Origin: Desulfomonilia bacterium
Lineage (GTDB): Bacteria > Desulfobacterota > Desulfomonilia > UBA1062
NCBI GenBank assembly: GCA_050014195.1
Contig: JBEKDT010000006.1
Location: 154,645 to 218,644 of the forward strand
Length of the DNA: 64,000 nucleotides
Direction: 5' to 3'
The translations under genes were made by a program, and so were the position numbers. Positions 37,315 through 46,442 of this stretch are shown one piece after another. Positions within the stretch are counted from its first letter, which is position 1; the number at the start of each line of letters is the position of its first letter. The notes beneath the pieces are model-generated. The model saw only the letters and a program-made list of their open reading frames with translations, searched no databases and had not been told where the DNA came from.

Positions 37315-37500
37315 CCCTGAGAAACTGGTGATTATGTGCCAAACCGTGGTGTTTGGGATAAGATGCCCTATGTATAGATATCGTGCGAGACTGTTGAAAA
37401 AGTCCGAATCACTAGATTTTGGCATATTTATATGTATTGATATCAAGTAGTTAAAAATATATAAATTTGAATTTTGAGGTTTTTCAACAGTCTCTGCCAC
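37315..37500. repeat. Dispersed ~75 bp repeat, copy 2 (interrupted by MITE)
   Basis: 37315-37386 matches 20069-20141; resumes tgccac at 37495. Confidence 0.8.
37387..37494. mobile_element. 108 bp MITE (non-autonomous, IS1182/IS5-like ends)
   Basis: Perfect 15 bp TIRs GAGACTGTTGAAAAA / TTTTTCAACAGTCTC; flanking TGC duplication (37384-37386, 37495-37497); AT-rich interior. Confidence 0.88.
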
Positions 37501-37607
37501 TCTATGCACTTCATAGCAAATGAATATTTTAGAACATAATCTCCATAGTCCTGCAACAGGGAGATTGTCAGCAGGTCGTGTTTTGTTCCGTCAACCCAAC
37601 CTGCAGT

Positions 37608-38711
37608 TTACTTTTCACGCATCCTCAATCCGCGCTCCAGGGTCACCACAAAGTCCTGGACGTTTGTGAGGATGGATCTGGCGGTCAGTGACCCGCGGTT
37701 GGCGAGCTTGTTCACCGCAAACTCGGACATGTCAACGGTATAGAAGTACACGGGTCTCACTGTCCCGTCGGTCTCAACCCGATAGGAGGGGACCATGTTG
37801 CCTGTTGCAATGGCATGGAGCTGGGTGGCCATGGCAATGACGGTTGTGGCCTTTCGCGCGACGGCACGCATCCCGTCCTGTGCTGCATAGGCATTACTGA
37901 TCACCTCGGGCAGCGGTCCATCGTCACGGATGGAGCTTGCCAGTACAAAGGGGATGCCTTTTGTGATTGCAGCCCTCATGACCCCGTCTTTGATGACCCC
38001 CTCATCGATGGCCTGTTTTAAAGATCCTATCCTTCGGACTCGGTTGATGGCATCCAGGTGGTTATAGTGCCCGAGCGGCACCGTGCGCTTGGAATAGATG
38101 TCTTGGCCCAACCCCGTAGAGAATAAGGCCGCCTCCACATCGTGGGTGGCAAGGGCATTGCCTGCCAGCAGTGCATGCGCATAGCCCCGGTTAATAAGCT
38201 CGGCAAAGGCATTCCTGGCGTCGCGATCAAAAACGACAGCCGGACCGAGCACCCAGGCAATAAACCCGTATTCCCGCTCGAACTCCAACAGGTCGTAGAG
38301 ATCGTCATAGTCGATGGAAAACGAAGTCTCTCTAGTGATGCGGCTCCTGAAGGCAAACTTCTCGCTTGCAGCATCCATGAAGTCAAAGGCCTGGGTATGC
38401 AGGAAGATGCCGTCTTCGCCGTTTTCATGTCTGCCGCAGGCAATCTTGTCCCCTGATTTGATGTTGCGGAACTCCTTGACCGACAGCGAGCCGTCATCTT
38501 CCAGCGCCGCCACACAGTCCATGCGGGACTCCCTGGGCAGGACCCATTGACCCTTTCTGATGTGAAAATATTCCGGATAGATGGATGTGGCGTGATAATC
38601 ATCAGGCGCCACACCGTCTTTCTCCGCACTGATGAACTTCACTATGGGCGCCACGGATAACGAACGGATGCTGAAATCAGGATGCCTGTACAGAGGAAGG
38701 ATAAAAGGCAT
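37608..38711 (-). CDS. LOR/SDH-domain protein (TIGR00300-like, putative ornithine cyclodeaminase)
   Basis: DGVAPDDYHATS, RMDC, AGNALATHDVE, SIRDDGPLPEVI, LHAIATGNM, KLANRGS. Confidence 0.8.
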   Translation of the reverse strand: MPFILPLYRHPDFSIRSLSVAPIVKFISAEKDGVAPDDYHATSIYPEYFHIRKGQWVLPRESRMDCVAALEDDGSLSVKEFRNIKSGDKIACGRHENGEDGIFLHTQAFDFMDAASEKFAFRSRITRETSFSIDYDDLYDLLEFEREYGFIAWVLGPAVVFDRDARNAFAELINRGYAHALLAGNALATHDVEAALFSTGLGQDIYSKRTVPLGHYNHLDAINRVRRIGSLKQAIDEGVIKDGVMRAAITKGIPFVLASSIRDDGPLPEVISNAYAAQDGMRAVARKATTVIAMATQLHAIATGNMVPSYRVETDGTVRPVYFYTVDMSEFAVNKLANRGSLTARSILTNVQDFVVTLERGLRMREK

Positions 38712-39214
38712 ACTTTACCTCCTGGTGATGAAGGCAGTAATATAAAAACTTTACCCCGGCAAGTCTAGATGAAGAAGAGGATGCCTGTCAAAGGCAATTG
38801 GATATTTTAAGTTCTTAATCAGTGGATGCCATCTTCTTGATGAACACAGAAAGCCCTATAAGAATACAACCGGTAACAAACATACTAAACATTATGATAA
38901 CCTCTCATTTTATGCCATGGCTCATGCCGGGTTTTTTGCCACCCGTTTTAAGCCGAATGGGTATAGTTTAATTATAAAAATCTTGGGCGACCCGGGCAAA
39001 ACCGAGATCATCTCAAGGAATTGCGACTGCGTCATTCGCAGTGCGCTGGAGACTCATAAAAAACTTCTCAGAAAAAAGCAAGAGGAAAATATAAAAAGTA
39101 ATAAGTGAGAAAAGAAGTTCCTCTTCTTATATATGTTGTTGACTGTCCGGGAGCGCTAAGGTATTTTAATTTCTCCTTGATTCTCCTTCTCGGGATAGAA
39201 AGGCAGAGGATTAC

Positions 39215-39634
39215 ATGAACATACTTGACGGATTTTATTGCTTTCGCATCGGCGCGGTGACCCGCCGGATATGGCGCTACGTGAATAGAGAATATGCCAA
39301 ATACGGTCTGACCGTGGGCCAGACATTCATTCTCTTCGACCTCTTGGACCATGACGGCAGTTCCGTCAAGGATATTGCAGACAGAGTACAGGTGGACAGC
39401 CCGGCTATTACCGGGTTTGTAGATCGTCTGATCCGTGAGGAGCTCGTGGAACGTTTTGTCGACAAGAAAGACCGGAGGGCAATGAAGATCCACCTTACTC
39501 CCAAGGGCCGGGAACTTGCCGTCACGCTCTTGCCTGTAGCCCAGACGCTCAACAAGAAGATCGAGGAGCTAGTGGGCAAGAAGGAAATCACGAAGCTTCT
39601 AAAGATTCTTGATATCATAGAAGAGACCGTTTAA
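39215..39634 (+). CDS. MarR family transcriptional regulator
   Basis: GLTVGQ, ITGFVDRL, DRRAMKIHLTPKGR. Confidence 0.93.
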   Translation: MNILDGFYCFRIGAVTRRIWRYVNREYAKYGLTVGQTFILFDLLDHDGSSVKDIADRVQVDSPAITGFVDRLIREELVERFVDKKDRRAMKIHLTPKGRELAVTLLPVAQTLNKKIEELVGKKEITKLLKILDIIEETV

Positions 39635-40398
39635 CAGAACTGCTTCCAGGAAATTCGCAACCGCGTCTTTTCGTGGTCATTTATGTTATCCGTTATTCGA
39701 TACAGGAATATCGGCAGCGCATCGTTCGAAAGACTCTGTGCTTGGGATTTGACGGTATCACCATACCCGACATCACCAAGGAAATTAACCTCGATCTCGC
39801 AGGGTAATAGGTGCAGTACTACAAGCTCGGGCACTGTCTCAAGTGCCCATTCGATAAAGACGGTATTGTTTACATGTCCGTTGAAGTCCAGATCCCGTCT
39901 CCTGATACGAAATATCTGCTCAAACTCGGGCTGCGATAATGCGGGTATCTCGGCACAGCTATTTTCAACCGGTGCGGCTCCGGTCATGAGACCGGGCGGC
40001 ATGTTATTCTTCAGGCGTACCGGCCTCTTCCTCCCGGCATCAATCATCACCCAGACGCTTTTTCCTTCTGTCAGCAATTCTCCTTGTTCATCCCGGATTT
40101 CATATGTTCTGATCTCGTAGAGATTTCGCTCTGCATGACGCCATGTTTTCAAATAAACGGTTTGATTCCACCTCGGGTAACCAAAGAACTTCACCCGATA
40201 CTGCAGTATCACCCAGGCAAGATTCTTGGGACGCAGGTGCAGGCCCGAGACTCCCATTTCATAGGCATGCTCGCTTGCCGCATCCTGGAAGTATTTAAAG
40301 ACCTGAACCGGCTTCAGCAAACCATCGGATCCGGTTTCGGAATACCGCACGCGAAACTGCCGGGTATACACATCCATACCGCTCATCATGTATCCCAT
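39631..40398 (-). CDS. Acyl-ACP/acyl-CoA thioesterase (FatA/FatB type)
   Basis: FQDAASEHA, YPRWNQ, DLDFNGHVNN..FIEWALE; stop shares TTAA with the marR stop. Confidence 0.9.
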   Translation of the reverse strand: MGYMMSGMDVYTRQFRVRYSETGSDGLLKPVQVFKYFQDAASEHAYEMGVSGLHLRPKNLAWVILQYRVKFFGYPRWNQTVYLKTWRHAERNLYEIRTYEIRDEQGELLTEGKSVWVMIDAGRKRPVRLKNNMPPGLMTGAAPVENSCAEIPALSQPEFEQIFRIRRRDLDFNGHVNNTVFIEWALETVPELVVLHLLPCEIEVNFLGDVGYGDTVKSQAQSLSNDALPIFLYRITDNINDHEKTRLRISWKQFC

Positions 40399-40707
40399 AT
40401 AGAGCTAAAAAGATACGGTTGATCGTTTATGATTTATTTGATAACATGTTAATTAATTATTAAACAAGCAACAAGAACACATTAAATTGCAACACCTCGG
40501 TCGTACGGGTGGAAAGACGTGCGTGAATAGAGGTTGTGCTTTTCCTCCACCAAGAAGATGTGCTCCGTATGCCTTTCATGCATAAGGTGCGAATCCGGCA
40601 TACATGCCTTTGGGAAATTACTCGCCGCACCGGCCACTTCAGCAAGGACAGATATCTCTGCGGATTGTATTTAAAATGAAAAATAATGGTTAAAGGAGCG
40701 AACAAAG

Positions 40708-41214
40708 ATGGCTAAGCTGAGCAAAGACAGACTTATTTTCGGAGTATTTTTGATCGTCCTGGTTGCACTTGGAGAGATCGTTCTCACGCACCTCAAACTC
40801 GCGGCATGGCCGGCGTTCATGGTCATGATCTTTTTCTTTGAGACGCACATGGACATAAAAAAGGCCCCCAACATCCTTGTGGGGGGGCTGTTCGGGATCG
40901 CCAATCTGATCATTGTCATGATCTTCCTTGAGGCCGCCGGCCCTGCCCTGGGAATGGAACTGGCAAAATTGCTGTACGTGATCGTTTTTGTCTATCTCAT
41001 TGTGGCCTTAGGAGAGATCATCCCTGTTTTATTCAACAATTATACCTTCATGTATTTCCTGGTGGCTGCAGTGGCATATAAGACCCCGGACCAGGATATA
41101 TTTTCATGGATGGGGGTTGAAGTCATAGGAGGCGCACTGTTCATTGCAGGTATTCTGGGCATCATAAAGATCCTGGGGTTCCTGGCCAGGAGAAAGGCGG
41201 CGAAGGCACAATGA
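40708..41214 (+). CDS. Small integral membrane protein (DUF1097-like)
   Basis: 168 aa, 5-6 TM segments, WPAFMVMIFFF; AAGGAG RBS. Confidence 0.6.
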   Translation: MAKLSKDRLIFGVFLIVLVALGEIVLTHLKLAAWPAFMVMIFFFETHMDIKKAPNILVGGLFGIANLIIVMIFLEAAGPALGMELAKLLYVIVFVYLIVALGEIIPVLFNNYTFMYFLVAAVAYKTPDQDIFSWMGVEVIGGALFIAGILGIIKILGFLARRKAAKAQ

Positions 41215-41493
41215 GACTTGCTCCAGCTTATGGCCTCCAGATTCATGAAGGATGGGATGTAATCCGCACATGATGAAAGCATTATCGAAAAAGAGTTTTG
41301 GATAACTCTTGATTGCATAGTAGTGCATACTGAACATTACCCTCTTCAAGGCGAAAAATTTCAGGAAGACACGAAATGACCGCCTTGAAGAGGTTTTCTT
41401 TATGAGTATTGGACAGCGGATTTTGGCTATCGGCAGTGATATGATTGCTATATAAGAGAGCAATACCAGAACAGAATAATGAAAGGAGCATTT

Positions 41494-42510
41494 ATGAAGG
41501 GTATACCTGCGTTTTTAATCGGACTCTTGGTTCTCTGTCTCATAACACCTTTATATGCAGCGGATAAGATGTATCGGATAGAGGTGCTTCAGGTGGCCAA
41601 TATCCCCGTGTTTGATGATTGCTATGAGGGATTTGTGAAGGAGTTGGCTAATAACGGAATATCGGTTGGCAAGAATCTCACCATAAACCGAAAGATCATT
41701 GACTTTGATATAGAAAAGGGGGGAATCTGGAAGAAGATCGGTGTTGCAATGGATATAAAGAGCGAAGCGTCACGCATAGCATCAGTCAAGCCTGACCTTG
41801 CCGTGACCATAGGCACACCGGCAACCAAATATGCAAAAGACAAGATCATAGGTGCAGGCATCCCCCTGGTTTTCACTGCAGTGGCTTTCCCTCAAGCTGC
41901 CGGGTGCAAGTCTTTGACCGAGGCAGGTCCAGGCTTTACCGGAGCGACACTCTATATGAACGTGAAAGATGCGCTCAGGATCGTGAGGCTAGGCTTCCCG
42001 AACGTCAAGACCCTCGGGGTCATTTACAGTGATGACGAAAATGCCGTAGCACATGCGGATGAGATAAAGAAACAGGGACCTCCTTTAGGTTTTACCGTCC
42101 TCACAAAAGAGGTGAGCAAGAATGATCCGATAATTCCTGCTTCACAGGAGCTCTTGAATAAGGGAGTACAGGCCTTTATCGTACCGCTTGATACGTACTA
42201 TGCCATCAAGGGTGGAAAGGCGTCAGTCGAACATGCAGCATTTGCACGAAAAAACAAGATTCCCAATATCAGTTTCGCGCTCAGCAGAGAGAATCGATCT
42301 GGTGCGCTCTATATCGGATCGGAGTTTTCCGTGGTGGGTTCCCTCGCTGCGAAACAGGCTGCAAACATACTGCTGAATGGGGTTAAGCCCGAAAGCCTTC
42401 CCATAGCCAGGCAGCAGGATCTTACCATCCTCGTGGATGAAAAGCAGTTTGTGGCCCTCGGTATCCAGTTGCCCATGGAAATCCTGAAACTCGCCAAACC
42501 GATTCAATGA
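41494..42510 (+). CDS. ABC-type substrate-binding protein (ABC_sub_bind family), orphan
   Basis: Signal peptide; PDLAVTIGTPA, IPLVFTAV, TLGVIYS.DE, ILLNGVKPESLPI. Confidence 0.85.
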   Translation: MKGIPAFLIGLLVLCLITPLYAADKMYRIEVLQVANIPVFDDCYEGFVKELANNGISVGKNLTINRKIIDFDIEKGGIWKKIGVAMDIKSEASRIASVKPDLAVTIGTPATKYAKDKIIGAGIPLVFTAVAFPQAAGCKSLTEAGPGFTGATLYMNVKDALRIVRLGFPNVKTLGVIYSDDENAVAHADEIKKQGPPLGFTVLTKEVSKNDPIIPASQELLNKGVQAFIVPLDTYYAIKGGKASVEHAAFARKNKIPNISFALSRENRSGALYIGSEFSVVGSLAAKQAANILLNGVKPESLPIARQQDLTILVDEKQFVALGIQLPMEILKLAKPIQ

Positions 42511-42523
42511 ATGAAGGCTCAAA

Positions 42524-42550
42524 CCCCAGGGGCAGATCCTGTCCCTGGGG
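42524..42550 (+). terminator. GC-rich hairpin after SBP gene
   Basis: CCCCAGGGGCAG-atc-CTGTCCCTGGGG; no clear U tract. Confidence 0.5.
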
Positions 42551-42667
42551 ATCAGTAATATTCAATGGTAACAGCATTGATGCTCGCACGGGCGGAAGGC
42601 TCTGGGGCGAATAACACCGCCAGATAATGAGGCATATTGGGAGTGCGCAAGGATTGGATGATTTAGG

Positions 42668-42697
42668 TTGACAATTTGTTAATATATTAATTATTAA
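42668..42697 (+). promoter_or_regulatory. Sigma-70 promoter with a palindromic operator candidate in the spacer
   Basis: TTGACA at 42668; perfect palindrome TTAATATATTAA 42679-42690; AT-rich -10 region. Confidence 0.5.
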
Positions 42698-42791
42698 TTA
42701 TCAATAAATTAATTTAAGATACTATATAACTCGTTCCTTGATGGATGGCTTTTCTGTCATAAAAAAGACACAGTAATATGGAGGTATATCC

Positions 42792-43586
42792 ATGAAGACG
42801 GTCAATGAAGGATCGCGGTGCTCATACACCGTGAATGACACAGGCGTAGCCCTGATGGAGATCAACAACCCTCCCATGAACGCGCTCAGCTGGGCCGTGC
42901 TGGACGAGATCCGGGACTCTTTTGTCAAGGCCCTTACTGATCCCGAAGTGCGGGTGATCGTGTTCACCGGCGCAGGCAAGGCATTCATCGCCGGCGCCGA
43001 GATCAGCGAGCTGAATGACTACACGACCGCCCGGGAGGGGGCCGACTCTCTCATCAAAGGCCAGGAGCTCTCGCACCTGTTCATGAACGCGGACAAGCCC
43101 ATCATCGCCGCCATCAACGGGTTCTGCCTGGGTGGCGGCATGGAGATGGCGCTTGCCTGCCATATCAGGCTGGCAGATGAAGGCGCCACCCTTGGCCTGC
43201 CCGAGATCAAGCTCGGCATCATCCCGGGCTACGGGGGCACCCAGAGGACCCCGCGTCTCATTGGACAGGCCAGGGCACTGGAGCTCATCCTATCCGGCAA
43301 TTTTTTGAGCGGCGCTCAGGCCCAAGCATACGGCCTGGTGAACAGGGCAGTGCCAAAGGGGACCGTAGTAGAAGAGGCCATGAAGCTCGCAGCAACCATT
43401 GCGGGCAAGAGTAGGGTTGCCGTCCAGGCTGCACTGCGGGCGGTCTTCGAGGGGTCGGCCATGGACCTCCATACCGGCATGAGGCTCGAGCGGGAGCTCT
43501 TCGGTACCTGCTATGCAAGTGAAGACAAGAAGGAAGGCGCTGCAGCTTTTCTGGAAAAACGCACCCCGAAATTCCGGGATCAATAG
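42792..43586 (+). CDS. Enoyl-CoA hydratase (crotonase), both catalytic Glu present
   Basis: AFIAGAEI, GGGMEMALACH, LPEIKLGIIPGYGGTQR. Confidence 0.93.
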   Translation: MKTVNEGSRCSYTVNDTGVALMEINNPPMNALSWAVLDEIRDSFVKALTDPEVRVIVFTGAGKAFIAGAEISELNDYTTAREGADSLIKGQELSHLFMNADKPIIAAINGFCLGGGMEMALACHIRLADEGATLGLPEIKLGIIPGYGGTQRTPRLIGQARALELILSGNFLSGAQAQAYGLVNRAVPKGTVVEEAMKLAATIAGKSRVAVQAALRAVFEGSAMDLHTGMRLERELFGTCYASEDKKEGAAAFLEKRTPKFRDQ

Positions 43587-43595
43587 GAGTGAGCA

Positions 43596-45452
43596 ATGGC
43601 CGACACCTTAGTTGACAGACGCGACATGGATTTCGTGCTCTACGAGCAGCTCGATATTGCTGCACTGACCAGGCTGGAGAGATTCTCTCACCTTTCCAAA
43701 GACGAATTCGATATGGTTCTCGAACAGGCGATCAAGTTCGCCCGGAACGACCTTGCCCCGACGAATGCAGACGGCGACCTCATCGGCGCGCAGTGGAAGG
43801 ATGGAAGCGTCATCCTGCCGGAGTCCTTTCACGGCCCACTGCAGCAGTATGCCGAGCAGGGATGGGTTGCATCCATCGAGGAACCCGAGGTAGGCGGTCA
43901 AGGGCTTCCCTTGACCCTCTTTACTGCAGCCTGTGAGGCGTTCGTGGCCGGGAATATGGCCATGAGCCAGTATATGACCCTGACCCATGGAACGGCACTG
44001 CTCATTAAGCTCTTCGGAACAGAGGAACAGAAGCATCTCTATCTTGACAGGCTCTTGTCCTTTCAATGGGGAGGCACCATGTGCCTGACCGAGCCGGGTG
44101 CCGGGAGCGACCTTGCCCGGATCGTAACCCGGGCGGAAAAGATCAATGAGCGGCACTATAAAATATCCGGGCAGAAAATCTTCATCACTGCCGGTGACCA
44201 TGACGGCAAGCCTAACATCATACATGCAGTGCTCGCCCGTGTAGATGGTGACCCCGAGGGCATCAAGGGGATATCCATCTTTATCGTGCCCAAGCACCGC
44301 GTCAATCATGACGGTTCCCTGGATGAGCCGAATGATGTGCAGTGCACGGGCATCGAGCACAAGATGGGGATCAAAGGCTCCGCTACCTGCTCTTTAAGTT
44401 TCGGTGCCAACGATGAGTGTATCGGGGAGCTTTTGGGTGAGCAGTGTCAGGGAATACCCATCATGTTCCACATGATGAATGAAGAGCGGCTCATCGTGGC
44501 CATGCAGGCCCTCGGACTCGCCGGCACGGCATACCTGAATGCAAGAGAATATGCGAAAGAACGCATCCAAGGCTCCGACATCACGAGCAAAGGTAAAAAA
44601 GCGCTGCCGGTAGCCATCATAGAGCATCCGGACATACGCAGGTCTCTCCTGTGGATGAAATCCTATGTAGAGGGAATGCGCGCCCTGAACTATTACACCG
44701 CTTTCTGCATCGACCGGCGAAATGCCTCTGCCGATGAGACTGAGCGCAAGCAGCTGCACGGTCTTATCGAGCTCCTGACTCCGGTCTGCAAGGCATACAC
44801 GAGCGACATGGGGTTTCAGGTCTGCAATGCGGCAATCCAGGTCTTAGGCGGGTACGGATATTGCCGGGACTATCCGGTGGAGCAGTTTACCCGCGACTGC
44901 CGCATCACTCCCATCTATGAGGGCGCCAACGGCATCCAGGCCATAGACCTGCTCGCACGGAAGATCCCCATGTCCGGGGGTAGTGTTTTCAGGTCGCTGG
45001 TGTCCGAAATCGACCGGACCATAGATACGGCAGCTGCAGAGCCCACGCTCAAGGGCCTGGCCTCTTCGGTCATGCGTGCAAAGCTTCAGATGGTAAACGC
45101 CGCCACATACCTTGACACCCTCAAAAAAACGGGTAATGCGCATGATGCTTTCATGAACGCCACACCCATGTTGGAAATCGTGGGAGATACCCTGCTTGCA
45201 TGGATGCACCTGTGGCAGGCGCAAATCGCATATACAAAGCTCGAAGAGTTTTTCGCATCCAAAGGTGCCTTGACTGTCGAGCAGCGGCGGGGGCTCATCG
45301 AAAGTCACCCGGAGGCTGCCTTCTACAGCGGCAAGCTCCACTCCGCCCGATTCTTCATCGCGCGGATCCTGCCCGTCATGCAGGGCAAGGTCATCGCGCT
45401 GGGAGAGGAAGAGTTTTCGCTGTCGGATGTGGACCGAGCCTGCTTCGGATAG
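43596..45452 (+). CDS. Acyl-CoA dehydrogenase (long ~600 aa type)
   Basis: GTMCLTEPGAGSD, GQKIFIT, EHKMGI, GGYGY, IYEGANGIQ. Confidence 0.93.
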   Translation: MADTLVDRRDMDFVLYEQLDIAALTRLERFSHLSKDEFDMVLEQAIKFARNDLAPTNADGDLIGAQWKDGSVILPESFHGPLQQYAEQGWVASIEEPEVGGQGLPLTLFTAACEAFVAGNMAMSQYMTLTHGTALLIKLFGTEEQKHLYLDRLLSFQWGGTMCLTEPGAGSDLARIVTRAEKINERHYKISGQKIFITAGDHDGKPNIIHAVLARVDGDPEGIKGISIFIVPKHRVNHDGSLDEPNDVQCTGIEHKMGIKGSATCSLSFGANDECIGELLGEQCQGIPIMFHMMNEERLIVAMQALGLAGTAYLNAREYAKERIQGSDITSKGKKALPVAIIEHPDIRRSLLWMKSYVEGMRALNYYTAFCIDRRNASADETERKQLHGLIELLTPVCKAYTSDMGFQVCNAAIQVLGGYGYCRDYPVEQFTRDCRITPIYEGANGIQAIDLLARKIPMSGGSVFRSLVSEIDRTIDTAAAEPTLKGLASSVMRAKLQMVNAATYLDTLKKTGNAHDAFMNATPMLEIVGDTLLAWMHLWQAQIAYTKLEEFFASKGALTVEQRRGLIESHPEAAFYSGKLHSARFFIARILPVMQGKVIALGEEEFSLSDVDRACFG

Positions 45453-45482
45453 AAAAGTACAAGACTATTGAGAGGTAACGTG

Positions 45483-46424
45483 ATGAGAAGGGATCTTCTG
45501 TTCATAACCGTTTTACTGCTCATATCCCTGACAACCGGATGCGCATCTTTTAAACACGGCATGTATGACCTCATGATTTCTGCCGACCGGTCCAAGTCGG
45601 GCCTCAAGCAGGGCCTGGTACAGATCCCGGGCCAGAGCATGGCATACCTGGAGCGGTCGGGATCAGGCGAGACCATCGTGCTCATCCACGGGTTCGGGGC
45701 CAATAAGGATAACTGGATCCGCTTCACACGGAACATCCCGGCAAATTACCGCGTGATCGCCTTTGACATGCCCGGATATGGTGACAATGCCAAGGCAGAG
45801 GACAAGACGTACTCCATTGATTACCTGACAAACAGCCTCGGCCAGGCTGTGGATGCACTCAAGCTCGGCCGTTTTCATATCGCAGGGAATTCAATGGGAG
45901 GATATATCTCCATCCTCTATACAGCAAGGAATCCTCAAAGGGTCATCACGATGTGCCTCCTGGACAATGCCGGTCTCCATAGAGTTTCACCGCAGCCGAG
46001 CGATCTTCAGATTGCAGTAGCAAAGGGCTTAAGTCCGCTCACCCCGGCCTCAGAGGAAGATTTTTCAGAACTAATGAAATATGCCTTTTACAAGGAACCC
46101 TTCATCCCGTGGCCCATCACTTCTGTCCTGGCCGAGAAGGCAGTCGAATCAAGCGCCTTCACCAAGAAGATGTGGATAGACCTCAATACCCACGATGTCG
46201 ATCTCCTGCCGTTGTTGCCCACGCTCAAGCTGCCTGTGCTCGTCATCTGGGGTGATCACGATCGCATCCTCCACGTGTCTACTACGGAGATCCTGAAACG
46301 CTCCCTGCCGGACTCCGAGATCATCATCATGAAGGACTGCGGTCATATGCCCATGGTGGAGAGGCCCCAGGAAACGGCCCAGTACTATGTTGCCTTCCTG
46401 GATAAGAAAAGAGCCAAAAATTAA
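45483..46424 (+). CDS. Alpha/beta-hydrolase lipase, lipoprotein
   Basis: Lipobox TTGC; HGFG oxyanion motif; GNSMGG; WGDHD; CGHMP. Confidence 0.88.
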   Translation: MRRDLLFITVLLLISLTTGCASFKHGMYDLMISADRSKSGLKQGLVQIPGQSMAYLERSGSGETIVLIHGFGANKDNWIRFTRNIPANYRVIAFDMPGYGDNAKAEDKTYSIDYLTNSLGQAVDALKLGRFHIAGNSMGGYISILYTARNPQRVITMCLLDNAGLHRVSPQPSDLQIAVAKGLSPLTPASEEDFSELMKYAFYKEPFIPWPITSVLAEKAVESSAFTKKMWIDLNTHDVDLLPLLPTLKLPVLVIWGDHDRILHVSTTEILKRSLPDSEIIIMKDCGHMPMVERPQETAQYYVAFLDKKRAKN

Positions 46425-46442
46425 CTTTTTGAGGAGGTGACT

